Source: an uncultured Chloroflexia bacterium
GTDB lineage: Bacteria > Chloroflexota > Limnocylindria > Limnocylindrales > CSP1-4
Direction of reading: 5' to 3'
NCBI GenBank assembly: GCA_963749705.1
Contig: CAVVNQ010000021.1
Coordinates: forward strand, 1 to 64,000
Length of the DNA: 64,000 nt
Below the pieces are notes generated by a model that was not told where the DNA came from, ran no database searches, and saw only the letters and a program-made list of their open reading frames with translations. Each line of letters begins with the position of its first letter. Within the stretch, counting starts at the first letter, position 1. The position numbers and the translations under genes were made by a program. Positions 9,366 through 19,254 of this stretch are shown here, piece by piece.

Positions 9366-10710
9366 ATGGCAGGACGCGTTCCCGGGGCCGCTGCGCAGTC
9401 GGCGCACGACGGCGCCGCCCGCCTCACGGGAGCGCAGATCAGCGCGATCAACCGCTTCCCGGACGACAACCCCAACCCGGTGATGCGCGTTGACGGCGAT
9501 GGGCACCTGATCTACGCGAACCCGGCCAGCGCCGACGTGCTCGAGGCATTCGGCGTCGACGTGGGCGGCCGTCTGCCGGCGGACGTCATCGCCCGACTCG
9601 ACCGCGTGGCGCCGGAACGCGGCCTGATCGAGGTGGAGGCCCGCGGACGCACCTACGCGCTGTGGCCGGTCCCGATCGAGGACCTGGGCTTCACGAACCT
9701 GTACGGGCGAGACGTGACCGCGGAACGCGCGATCACCAAGTTCCCGGACGAGAACCCGAACCCCGTGCTGCGCGTCGATCGGGCGGGCTGCCTGGTCTAC
9801 GCGAATCCGGCCAGCAGCGGCCTGCTCGCGGGGCTCCGGAATGGCCGTCGGCGAGGTGTTCGAGACGGACGTGCGGGATGCGCTGCTCGGGCGGGCATCG
9901 GCGGGCACCGGCGGATCGATCGAGATCGAGGCCGACGGCCGGGCGTTCACCCTGCATCCCGTCGAGGTGCCCGGCTTCGGCTTCATCAACGTCTATGGAA
10001 CGGACGTGACGGCGGTCAAGGAGCGGGAGCGGCTGGCGCGCGACAACGAGCGCCTGCTGCTCAACATCCTCCCGGAGCCGATCGCCGACCGGCTGCGCGA
10101 CGGCGAGCCGCTGATCGCCGACCGCTTCGACGATGTCACGCTCCTGTTCGCCGACATCGTCGAGTTCACGCGCCTGTCATCGACCATGTCGCCGTCGGAG
10201 CTGGTGGGCGTGCTCAACGACGTGTTCTGCGTGTTCGACGACCTCGTGGAGCAGCACGGACTGGAGAAGGTCAAGACCATCGGCGACGCGTACATGGTCG
10301 TGGGCGGCATGCCGGACAGCTCGGGCGATCACACGGCGCGGGTCGCATCGATGGCGCTCGGCCTGGCCGGAGCGGTGAACGAGATCCCTGCCGCCGCGCG
10401 CCTGGGCATCACCTTCCGGATCGGCATGCACTGCGGTCCCGTCGTGGCCGGCGTCATCGGGACCAAGAAGTTCATCTACGACATCTGGGGCGACACGGTC
10501 AACATGGCGAGCCGGATGGAGTCGCTGGGGGTGCCCGGTCGGGTCCAGGTCACCCATGCGGTGCGGGAACGGCTCCAGGGCCGGTTCGACCTCGAGCCGC
10601 GGGGCCTGATCGAGGTGAAGGGCAAGGGCCCCACCCCGACCTGGCTGCTGGTGCCGCAGGGGGCGCCGATGGCCTCGGCATCGCTGGACCGCCCGATCGC
10701 CGCAACCTGA
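9366..10710 (+). pseudogene. PAS-PAS-adenylate/guanylate cyclase (class III) split by a +1 frameshift near 9836
   Basis: Two FPDxNPNPV PAS repeats in one frame; the rest of PAS2 and the cyclase (LFADIVEFT, KVKTIGDAYM, YDIWGDTVNMASRMES) are in the next frame; removing one C from CTCCGGA restores GLGMAVGE. Confidence 0.85.
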
Positions 10711-10741
10711 CCGCCGGCGCGCCGGCGCGCCGGCCCGCGGC

Positions 10742-11968
10742 CTACCGGAGCGGCTGCCCGGCCCCGAAGCGCGCGATGAGATCCGTGAAGGCCGGCAGCC
10801 CGCGCTCGTACCCGATGGCCCACAGGCCGGCTCCCGCGAGCCCTCGCTCGTTGGCCAGCGCGAGCTTGGGGGCCAGGGTCGCGGGCGAGTCGATGTAGAC
10901 CGCTCGCCAGGTTCGACGATCAGCGACGCCCGGGCTGGCCGGCACGGCCGGCGTCGGGGCGCCGATCGAGCCATCCGACCCGATGAGGTACACCTCGACG
11001 ACCTCGATCTCGTCGCGCAGCGGCACGATCGACGGATCGGCGAGCACGTCGAGGTGTTGGCGCGGGATCCATGGATCGCCCCGACCCGTCCGTGGCGCGC
11101 CGACCTCCGGGACGACGACCGGCCACGCCATGCCGTACAGGGGCAGGCCGAGCAACGTGCGGTCGACCGGAACGCCGAGGTCCGCGTACAGGTCCAGCGA
11201 CCAGCTGAGGGTCTTCGCGCTCCCGTCTCGCCGCGCGAGCGGCGCCGAGGCGCCCGGGCCCGATCCGGCCGAGTGGTAGTCGTAGCCCATGAGGAAGATG
11301 CGGTCGGCTCCGGCATCCGCGGCCGCGAGCGCCATCACCGCGCCGAGCGCGTTGGCCGCGGTCGCGACCGAGACCTGGCCGTCCGGGTTCGCGGCCTCGA
11401 CGGCGCTCCGTAGCCTGCCGACGAACGCGCCATAGGCCGGCACCAGCGTGGGCGGCAGTGATTCGACATCGACATCGACGCCGTCCACGCCGAGCCGCGT
11501 GACCAGGTCGACCAGGCTCCGGATCGTGGCGTCCTGGAGGGCCAGGTCCTCGAACAGCCGCGCGTTGCGATCGGTCCCGAAGCTGGTGAACACGAGCTCG
11601 GTCCGGACGCCGCGCTGCCGCGCGTCCCGGATCAGCTGCGCTCCGACGGTGCCGGTGATCCTCCGATAGCCGTTCTGGCTGGTGTCGATCGAGCCGTCAC
11701 GGGCGTTGGTCACCGAGAACAGGCCGAGCGTCGTCAGCAACGTCGTGGCCACGTGCGCCGCGATGGTGTCGTCCATCTCCCAGTACGGGACGAAGCCGTA
11801 CACCTCGTGCCCCGGCACCGGGCGCACGGTCGGAAGCGGGGTGGCGGGCTGTGCGGGTCCGACGCTCGCGGACCCGGCCGTCGCGCGGTTCGATCCGGTG
11901 TCGCAGCCCGCGACAGCCGTGCCCAGGGCGACCATGAGCACCAGGGTGGCCAGCCGGTGTCGGTTCAC
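10742..11968 (-). CDS. Glycoside hydrolase family 18 lipoprotein
   Basis: Lipobox VAGC; catalytic DGVDVDVE (DxxDxDxE); LMGYDY; LGLPLYG; GAGLWAIGYE. Confidence 0.85.
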   Translation of the reverse strand: MNRHRLATLVLMVALGTAVAGCDTGSNRATAGSASVGPAQPATPLPTVRPVPGHEVYGFVPYWEMDDTIAAHVATTLLTTLGLFSVTNARDGSIDTSQNGYRRITGTVGAQLIRDARQRGVRTELVFTSFGTDRNARLFEDLALQDATIRSLVDLVTRLGVDGVDVDVESLPPTLVPAYGAFVGRLRSAVEAANPDGQVSVATAANALGAVMALAAADAGADRIFLMGYDYHSAGSGPGASAPLARRDGSAKTLSWSLDLYADLGVPVDRTLLGLPLYGMAWPVVVPEVGAPRTGRGDPWIPRQHLDVLADPSIVPLRDEIEVVEVYLIGSDGSIGAPTPAVPASPGVADRRTWRAVYIDSPATLAPKLALANERGLAGAGLWAIGYERGLPAFTDLIARFGAGQPLR

Positions 11969-12326
11969 GCGGGCAAGGGTGTGCCCGGCGCTGTCGACCG
12001 TCAAACGCGCGGTGACGGGCGTGCTACGGGCGTCGTCCGCACGGCGACGGAGGTGTCCTGATTCGCAACGGACGTCGGGTCCGGTGCACGGCCGTCGGTG
12101 GTCCGGCAACGGTGGTCGCGCACCAATTCCCCTCGCGTCGGTGCAGCCCGTGACGACCCGAAGGGCCCGGGCCGACGGGCCTGGGAGTCCCGATCCCAGC
12201 GGACCCCGATGGGACGGCAACGCGACCGATGGCCCGTCAGTTGGGCGCCGTGGCGAGCGAGAGTGGAGACTGCGGTCCCCATGGCGCGGGGATCCGGCAC
12301 GCGCAGAACGACGATCGAGGGCTGGG

Positions 12327-13031
12327 GTGGCGAGCAACGGAACGGGAGCCGGGGTGGGCAAGCTGGGGGTGATGCTTGCGATCTTCGACTTTCCGATGCT
12401 CGTCGAGGGGTTCCGATCGGTCATCGATGACGAGCTGGACATGCGCGTCGTGGGCGTCGTGACCGATCGCGAAAGCCTCGATGGCAGCCTGGAGCAGGCT
12501 GCGCCCGACATCGTCGTCGCGGAGTGCCTGCCGTTCAGCCCGGGCAGCGGCGGAACCACGTTCGAGACGATCGAGCAGATCCGGGCCGCGAAGCCGGGCG
12601 CGAAGGTGCTGGCGCTCGAGTGCCGCAGCGGCAGCGAGCAGTTCAGCCTCGCCCTCAAGGCCGGCGCGGACGGGTTCCTGACGCGGGAAGCCGAGCCGGC
12701 CGACATCATTGCCGCCGTGCGCTCCGTCAGCCGTGGCCAGACCTACGTGAGCCCGGCGATCGTGACCCGGATGGTCAACACCTACGTCCTGCGCAGCCCC
12801 GAAGGCTCGCTCGAGGATGCCTACGGCAACCTGTCCGACCGCGAGAAGGAGGTCCTGCTGCTGGCGGCAGTCGGACACACGAACCGCGAGATCGCGAAGG
12901 TGTTCCACCTGTCCGAGCAGACCGTCCACAACTACCGGGCGAACATCATGGAGAAGCTCGGCTTCCACGACCGGGTCGAGCTGCTCAAGTACGCGATCCG
13001 GCGGGGCATCATCAGCGTCGCCGACCTGTAG
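12327..13031 (+). CDS. NarL/LuxR-family response regulator with atypical receiver domain (start could be 12372)
   Basis: Receiver fold plus LSDREKEVL…TNREIA…LSEQTVHNYRANIMEKLG HTH. Confidence 0.9.
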   Translation: MASNGTGAGVGKLGVMLAIFDFPMLVEGFRSVIDDELDMRVVGVVTDRESLDGSLEQAAPDIVVAECLPFSPGSGGTTFETIEQIRAAKPGAKVLALECRSGSEQFSLALKAGADGFLTREAEPADIIAAVRSVSRGQTYVSPAIVTRMVNTYVLRSPEGSLEDAYGNLSDREKEVLLLAAVGHTNREIAKVFHLSEQTVHNYRANIMEKLGFHDRVELLKYAIRRGIISVADL

Positions 13032-13073
13032 GGCACCGGCACAGCGGGCAGGCGGCGAGCCCGACCCGGCGGG

Positions 13074-14486
13074 TCAGCCGGGTCCGTCGATCGCCGCCAG
13101 GATGGCCGTCACGTCAAGCGTGCCGGAGAAACGGGCCACCTCGACGCCACCGCGCCGCACGACCACCGCCGGTGCGACCGAGAGGCCTTCGGCTCCTCCG
13201 GCCGCGGTGTCCGCCGCAACGGCCGCAGCGACGGCGGGATCATCGAGGCATCCGCTGAGCGCGCTCACGTCGAGCCCGATGCGAGAGCTGAAACGCAGGA
13301 TGTTCCGATCGGTGTAGATGCCTGCGCCCTGGCCCTGCGCCGCGGCGGAGAGCACGTCGTGGGTGAACCAGGTCGGGCCGTCCTGACGGGCAACGCATCG
13401 GACCGCGGACGCCGCGAGCACGGATTCGTCTCCCAGCGTCGCCAGGTCGTGCTGCTCCACCCGGACCGTCCCGGCGAGGATCCGGGTGCGCAGGAGCGGC
13501 TCGAGGTCGGTGGCGATCACGGCAGAGCCCGGCGCCTGGTAGTCCACCCATAGCTCGATCGAGACCGGAGCGGCGAGGTCGCCCGCCGTTCGCCCGTCCG
13601 TCGCGACACCGCTCCACGGGTCGGGCGACAGCGCCGGGGTGGGCATCGGCGCCGGCGACGCGCCGGCCACCGCGGCGTCGATCGTCGCCATCAGCGTCGC
13701 CACATCGTCGACGCCGGGGAACCGGGTGCCGTTGACGTCGATCGTGGGCGTGGACACGACGCCGGCGCGGACCCCGGCCGCCGTGTCGTCGAGGACCTCG
13801 ACCAGCACGGATCGATCGTCCATGCACGTGGCGAACGCCGTGGCGTCGAGGCCCACCGTCGCGGCGACCGCGGCCAGCCTCGTGCGCGCGAAGGCGCCCT
13901 GGTTCTCGCCCTGCTGCGCGGCGTACACCGCATCGTGCATCGGCCAGTATTTGCCCTCGCGCCCGGCGCAACGCACGGCGATCGCCGCGTCCACCGACTC
14001 GTCGCCCAGGAAGGCATAGTCGCGATGGACGAGGGCCACGGTCCCGTCGGCGATCCGGGAGGCCAGCGCCGGCACGACCGTCTCGGCGAAGCGCGCACAG
14101 AAGGGGCACTGGTAGTCGGCCCAGTAGTCGATCACGACGGTCGCGTCCGCGCGCCCCAGCCTCGGCCCGTCCGACGGCAGGTCGGGCGTCGCCGTGGGTC
14201 CGCTCGACGACGCACCTGCCCCTGGCGATCCGGCCGGGACCAGCCCGCTCGTCGCCACGGGGGCCGAGGCACGTCCGATGGCCAGCCCTGCAGCGAAGGC
14301 GAGGGCCACGATCAGCGTGATCAGCCCGACGCCGGCCCACCAATTCTGGTCGCGAACGGTGCGCTCGCGGGCGGCGTCGACCGGCATCGGCAGGCGCAGG
14401 GCCACGTCCTCGGGGCCGGAGTCGGGATCCGGATGCGAAACGGGACGGGAATCGGGATCCGGATCTGCGGGGGTGTCGTCGGTCAC
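13074..14486 (-). CDS. Membrane-anchored tandem DsbA/thioredoxin-fold protein
   Basis: TM helix; domain 1 has DYQCPFC and STPT; domain 2 is homologous but has DYQAPGS. Confidence 0.85.
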   Translation of the reverse strand: MTDDTPADPDPDSRPVSHPDPDSGPEDVALRLPMPVDAARERTVRDQNWWAGVGLITLIVALAFAAGLAIGRASAPVATSGLVPAGSPGAGASSSGPTATPDLPSDGPRLGRADATVVIDYWADYQCPFCARFAETVVPALASRIADGTVALVHRDYAFLGDESVDAAIAVRCAGREGKYWPMHDAVYAAQQGENQGAFARTRLAAVAATVGLDATAFATCMDDRSVLVEVLDDTAAGVRAGVVSTPTIDVNGTRFPGVDDVATLMATIDAAVAGASPAPMPTPALSPDPWSGVATDGRTAGDLAAPVSIELWVDYQAPGSAVIATDLEPLLRTRILAGTVRVEQHDLATLGDESVLAASAVRCVARQDGPTWFTHDVLSAAAQGQGAGIYTDRNILRFSSRIGLDVSALSGCLDDPAVAAAVAADTAAGGAEGLSVAPAVVVRRGGVEVARFSGTLDVTAILAAIDGPG

Positions 14487-14654
14487 GTGCGCATCGTGCC
14501 CGATCCGACAACGGTTGCGTCAAGTGCCGACCGCCGTCAATGGGACGTTCGTCCCGATCCCGCCCCGGGCGTGGTGCGCCGGTGCACGTTCGCGCCACGC
14601 GGCAGGACCACTGGTTGGGTGAATCGAGCGGTTGGCCGGAGTTTGATTGCCTCC

Positions 14655-15941
14655 ATGAGGCGGCCAACGATCCCGGGGAACATTCCCGCCGGGGGGCCGC
14701 TGTCGCCGGCCACCGGTGCTCGGCGCCTGCTGCTGCCCGCGTATACGGCCGCCACGATCCTCATCGGCGCGGCCGCAGTCGTCGTGGTGACGCTGCTGAT
14801 CCCGGTGTCGCCCGACATCGCGATCGCGGGTTTCGGCGGTGCGCTGGCCCTGCCGGCCGGCGTCGGACTGTGGACCCTGTTCGGCCTGGCCGGCGCGGCG
14901 CGCGTCGTCCGCGAGCCGTCGGGCCACGGGGTGTTCACGTTCCACATGCCCTTCGTGGTCGCCGCGATGACGCTCGGCGGCCCGGTCGCCGGAGGCTGGG
15001 TCGCGATGCTCGCGTCGTTCGACCGCCACGAGCTCGAGGAGACCCCCTGGTACGGGATCCTCGCGAACCACGCCTCGCTGTCGCTGGGGGCGATCGCCGG
15101 CGGCCTCGTCATCCTCGGGCTCGATGACGCGAGCCAAACGCTCGGCCTGGCGACCGGGTCCGGGTTCACGCTCGTTGCCGTCATCGCCGGCACGATGGCG
15201 TTCATGGTGGTGTCGATCGCCCTGGCGGCCGGCACGATCGTGCTCCGCGACGGGATCACCGTGCGCGAGACGCTGTCCTCGTTCGACGTGTCGTTCCGGA
15301 CGACGGCGACCGCCGAGACCCTGCTCGGCTGGTTGCTCACCGTTGCCTACCTCGCCGTCGGCTGGTGGGGGCCGCTGGTGTGCACGGTGATGGTCCTCGC
15401 GCTGTGGGGGTCGTCGCGGGACTCGGCGCGGACCCGGCGTGACGACCTGACCGGCGTGCTGAGCATGACCGCGTTCACGGAGCGCGCCGTCGAGGCGGTC
15501 GATCGGGCCCGACGCGGGATCGAGGGCGCCGCCTACGTGTTCATCGACCTCGACGACTTCAAGGCCGTGAACGACGTCGCCCGCGATCACCACGTCGGCG
15601 ACCAGGTCCTGACCCAGGTCGGGCTTCGCCTCCGGGGAGCCATCCGGGCAAACGACTCGGCCGGCCGCCGGAGCGGCGACGAGTTCGTGGTCCTGCTGGC
15701 CGGTGTTCCGGACCAGGGCACCGCCGAGCGCCTCGCGAAGCGACTCCACCGCACGATCGTGGCGCCGTACGCGACCGACGCCGGCGAGATGCGCGTCGGG
15801 GCGTCGGTCGGCGTCGCCCTGATCGAGCGCGAGGCGAGTGCAACCGAGCTCGAGGTGCGGCGCCGCGCCGATGCCGCGATGTACGCGGTCAAGGAGCGCG
15901 GCGGGGGCGTCAGGATGTGGCGCGAATCGAGCGGGGCGTGA
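14655..15941 (+). CDS. Membrane-bound GGDEF diguanylate cyclase
   Basis: Multi-TM N-terminus; DDLTG, FIDLDDFKAVND, RRSGDEF, ADAAMYAVK. Confidence 0.9.
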   Translation: MRRPTIPGNIPAGGPLSPATGARRLLLPAYTAATILIGAAAVVVVTLLIPVSPDIAIAGFGGALALPAGVGLWTLFGLAGAARVVREPSGHGVFTFHMPFVVAAMTLGGPVAGGWVAMLASFDRHELEETPWYGILANHASLSLGAIAGGLVILGLDDASQTLGLATGSGFTLVAVIAGTMAFMVVSIALAAGTIVLRDGITVRETLSSFDVSFRTTATAETLLGWLLTVAYLAVGWWGPLVCTVMVLALWGSSRDSARTRRDDLTGVLSMTAFTERAVEAVDRARRGIEGAAYVFIDLDDFKAVNDVARDHHVGDQVLTQVGLRLRGAIRANDSAGRRSGDEFVVLLAGVPDQGTAERLAKRLHRTIVAPYATDAGEMRVGASVGVALIEREASATELEVRRRADAAMYAVKERGGGVRMWRESSGA

Positions 15942-16071
15942 GCCCGGCCTGACCGCGGCCACCGATCCGCTCCCGCAGGCGCCACCGGGCCGCAACGTTC
16001 CGCCACCGGTCCGCTCCGGTAGACTGGTCCCGTCCACCCAAGAACTGTGTCCAGATGGACGGTGATGCCCC

Positions 16072-17220
16072 ATGAAAGTCGGCGTCGCCAGGGAAAGCGC
16101 GGCCGGCGAACGGCGCGTCGCCCTGGTGCCCGAAGGGCTCGGCAAGCTCACGGCGGCCGGGCTCGAGATCCTCGTCGAGGCAGGTGCAGGCGCCGGTGCG
16201 ACGATTCCCGACCAGGCGTACGTGGACGCCGGGGCGGGGATCGCGAAGACCGACGAGCTGTACAAGGCCTGCGACGTCATCCTTCGCGTCCAGAAGCCCG
16301 ACAAGGGCGAGGCAAAGCGGCTGCGAAGCGGACAGGCCGTCATCGGCCTCCTCCAGCCACTCCTCGACCCGGCCCTGATGCAGACGCTGGCCAAGGCCGG
16401 CGTCACGGCGATCAGCCTGGACGCGATCCCGCGCATGCTGTCACGGGCCCAGACGATGGATGCCCTGTCATCGCAGGCGAACGTCGGTGGCTACAAGGCG
16501 GTGCTGATCGCCGCGACCACGTATGGGCGCTACTTCCCGTTGCTCACGACCGCAGCCGGCACGGCCAAGCCCGCCAACGTCCTGATCCTCGGGATCGGCG
16601 TGGCCGGACTCCAGGCGATCGGCACGGCGCGCCGGCTGGGCGCGGTCGTGTCCGCCTACGACGTCCGCCCCGAGACGGCCGAGCAGGCCGAGTCGCTGGG
16701 CGCCAGGTTCGTGCGGCTCAAGACGTCGATCGACGCGACCGGCGCGGGCGGCTACGCCCGCGAGCTGACCGCGGAGGAGCGTGCCGCGCAGCAGGCGGAG
16801 CTCAACGAGATCATCGCGGCGCAGGACGTCGTGATCACCACGGCCCAGGTCCCGGGGCGCAAGCCGCCGGTCCTGGTGACGGCGGATGCGGTCCGATCGA
16901 TGCGCTCGGGCTCGGTGATCGTGGACATGGCGGCATCGGCGCTGGGCGGCAACTGTGAGCTGTCCAAGGCGGGCGAGACGGTCGTCACCGAGAACGGCGT
17001 CACGATCGTGGCGCCCGACAACCTGCCGGCCTCGATGCCGACCGGCGCGTCGCAGTTCTACGCCCGGAACATCTCGTCGCTCCTGCTCAACATGGTCAAG
17101 GACGGGAACCTCAACCTCGACCTCGAGGAGGAGGTGACCAGGGCGACCGTGATCACCCACGGCGGCGAGGTGCTGTCCGAGGCGGTGCAGAAGCTCCTGG
17201 TCGCGGGAGGCAAGGCATGA
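16072..17220 (+). CDS. pntA: NAD(P) transhydrogenase subunit alpha part 1
   Basis: ERRVALVP, SRAQTMDALSSQANVGGYKAV, GIGVAGLQAI, GGYA. Confidence 0.95.
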   Translation: MKVGVARESAAGERRVALVPEGLGKLTAAGLEILVEAGAGAGATIPDQAYVDAGAGIAKTDELYKACDVILRVQKPDKGEAKRLRSGQAVIGLLQPLLDPALMQTLAKAGVTAISLDAIPRMLSRAQTMDALSSQANVGGYKAVLIAATTYGRYFPLLTTAAGTAKPANVLILGIGVAGLQAIGTARRLGAVVSAYDVRPETAEQAESLGARFVRLKTSIDATGAGGYARELTAEERAAQQAELNEIIAAQDVVITTAQVPGRKPPVLVTADAVRSMRSGSVIVDMAASALGGNCELSKAGETVVTENGVTIVAPDNLPASMPTGASQFYARNISSLLLNMVKDGNLNLDLEEEVTRATVITHGGEVLSEAVQKLLVAGGKA

Positions 17221-17540
17221 GCCCCGAGGTCGCACAGCTCATCCAGAACTTCACGGTGTTCGTGCTCGCCATCCTGTGCGGGTTCGCCGTGATCTCGAAG
17301 GTTCCGGCGACGCTCCACACGCCGCTGATGTCGGGGGCGAACTCGATCCACGGCATCGTCCTGGTCGGCTCGATGTTCATCGCCCTGGAGGCGGATGACC
17401 CGCTGTCCTACCTGCTCGCGTTCGTCGCGGTCACGTTCGCGACGCTCAACGTGGTCGGCGGCTACGTGGTCACGGACCGGATGCTCCAGATGTTCCGGCG
17501 CAAGCCTGTCGCGCCCAAGGCCGAGAAGGCGGAGGGCTGA
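17217..17540 (+). CDS. pntA: NAD(P) transhydrogenase subunit alpha part 2
   Basis: LHTPLMSGANSIHG…VVGGYVVTDRMLQMF; ATGA overlap with alpha-1. Confidence 0.95.
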   Translation: MSPEVAQLIQNFTVFVLAILCGFAVISKVPATLHTPLMSGANSIHGIVLVGSMFIALEADDPLSYLLAFVAVTFATLNVVGGYVVTDRMLQMFRRKPVAPKAEKAEG

Positions 17541-17544
17541 CCCG

Positions 17545-18966
17545 ATGAGCCTCGACATCCTGGAACCCCTCGTCCGACTTGCCTGGCTGGTGGGTGCGGT
17601 CGCGTTCGTCATCGGCCTGATCCGGATGAACTCGCCGGCCACCGCCCGCAACGGCAACCTGATGTCCGCCGGCGGCATGGCCGTCGCGATCGTCGCCACC
17701 GCGCTGTACCTGGCCCTGCGGCCGAGTGACAGTGGCGTCAACGTGATCGGCTGGGTCATCGTGTTCGCGGGCATCGCGCTCGGCGGCGGCTACGGCCTGT
17801 ACACCGCGCGGACCGTCAAGATGACCGCGATGCCCCAGCTGGTGTCGCTGTTCAACGCCGTCGGCGGCGGTGCGGCCGCCCTGATCGCGATCGACGACTA
17901 CCTCGGGCTCAAGGCGGCACCAGGCCTCCAGATCAACGTCGCGACGGTGCTGGACATCGTGATCGGGTCGATCACGTTCACCGGCTCGCTGATCGCGTCG
18001 GGCAAGCTGATGGGCCTCAGGATCACGCCGTCGCGCCCGGTCATCATCCCGGGCGGCCAGCTGGTGACCGCGGCGCTCGCGCTGATCGTCGTCGCCGGCG
18101 CGATCTTCCTGTGGATCCCCAACCTGAGCGTTGCGGTGATGCTCGTCATCCTCGCCGCCGCGCTGGTGTTCGGCGTGACCATGACCCTCCCGATCGGCGG
18201 CGCGGACATGCCGGTCGTCATCAGCCTCCTGAACTCGTTCACCGGCACGGCCGTGGCGATGGCCGGGTTCGTGCTCAACAACCCGGTCCTGATCATCGCC
18301 GGAGCCCTCGTCGGGGCGTCGGGCGCGATCCTGACCAAGCTGATGGCCGACGCGATGAACCGCTCGGTGCTCAACATCATGATCGGCGGCTTCGGCGGCG
18401 GCGAAGGCACCGTCGGTGCCGCGGGCGGAGCCGGTGGCAGCGTCCGGGAGCTGGGCGTCGATGACGCGGCGATCCAGCTGGCCTATGCATCGTCGGTCAT
18501 CGTGGTCCCGGGCTACGGGCTCGCGGTGGCGCAGGCGCAGCACGCGTGCCGCGAGCTCGGCGAGCTGCTCGAGACCCGGGGCGTGGACGTGAAGTACGCG
18601 ATCCACCCCGTCGCCGGCCGGATGCCGGGTCACATGAACGTCCTGCTCGCGGAGGCGAACGTCCCGTATCCCCAGCTCAAGGAGATGGAGGACATCAACC
18701 CGGAGTTCGACCGGTGCGATGTCGCCCTGGTCATCGGCGCCAACGACGTGACGAACCCGGCCGCCCGACGGCCCGGATCGCCCGTCTCCGGGATGCCGAT
18801 CCTGGACGTGGACCACGCCAAGAACATCATCGTGATCAAGCGCTCGATGGGTCGCGGCTACGCGGGCATCGACAACGAGCTGTACGGAAACCCCAAGACC
18901 GGGATGCTGTTCGCCGACGCCAAGGCCGGCCTGAACGACCTGATCGCGGCGGTCAAGGCGCTGTAG
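17545..18966 (+). CDS. pntB: NAD(P) transhydrogenase subunit beta
   Basis: MTAMPQLVSLFN, IGGADMPVVISLLNS, HPVAGRMPGHMNVLLAEA, GANDVTNP. Confidence 0.95.
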   Translation: MSLDILEPLVRLAWLVGAVAFVIGLIRMNSPATARNGNLMSAGGMAVAIVATALYLALRPSDSGVNVIGWVIVFAGIALGGGYGLYTARTVKMTAMPQLVSLFNAVGGGAAALIAIDDYLGLKAAPGLQINVATVLDIVIGSITFTGSLIASGKLMGLRITPSRPVIIPGGQLVTAALALIVVAGAIFLWIPNLSVAVMLVILAAALVFGVTMTLPIGGADMPVVISLLNSFTGTAVAMAGFVLNNPVLIIAGALVGASGAILTKLMADAMNRSVLNIMIGGFGGGEGTVGAAGGAGGSVRELGVDDAAIQLAYASSVIVVPGYGLAVAQAQHACRELGELLETRGVDVKYAIHPVAGRMPGHMNVLLAEANVPYPQLKEMEDINPEFDRCDVALVIGANDVTNPAARRPGSPVSGMPILDVDHAKNIIVIKRSMGRGYAGIDNELYGNPKTGMLFADAKAGLNDLIAAVKAL

Positions 18967-19254
18967 GCGACCGCGTCGATCCGGCACCTGGATCATCGGC
19001 CCCGGCGCCAGCGCCGGGGCCGTTCCATGCGGCGAACCGGCGATCTGCGGCCTCATTGCAACTCTCAGACAGCTTGAAGGCTGCGCGGCCTATGTTCGCT
19101 GCGTGCTACCAACATGAGCAGCCGTCCGTGGCCGGAGGCCGAACCGCCTCGAACGGATGGCGAGCACGCGGCCATCGTGCCGCAGGCGGGCTGTGACCCA
19201 CGCAGGAGCTGATCCGAACCCGCCGGCGGGATGCCCGCGAGATCGGAGATGCCG

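Noticed and set aside
15660-15690. SGDEF instead of GGDEF
   Set aside because: SGDEF variants are known to be active and the other catalytic motifs are intact.
19050-19250. Possible riboswitch, uORF or MprA-like TCTCAG box upstream of HtrA
   Set aside because: The hairpins are short GC-rich stems with no recognisable aptamer consensus, and only one good half-site is present.
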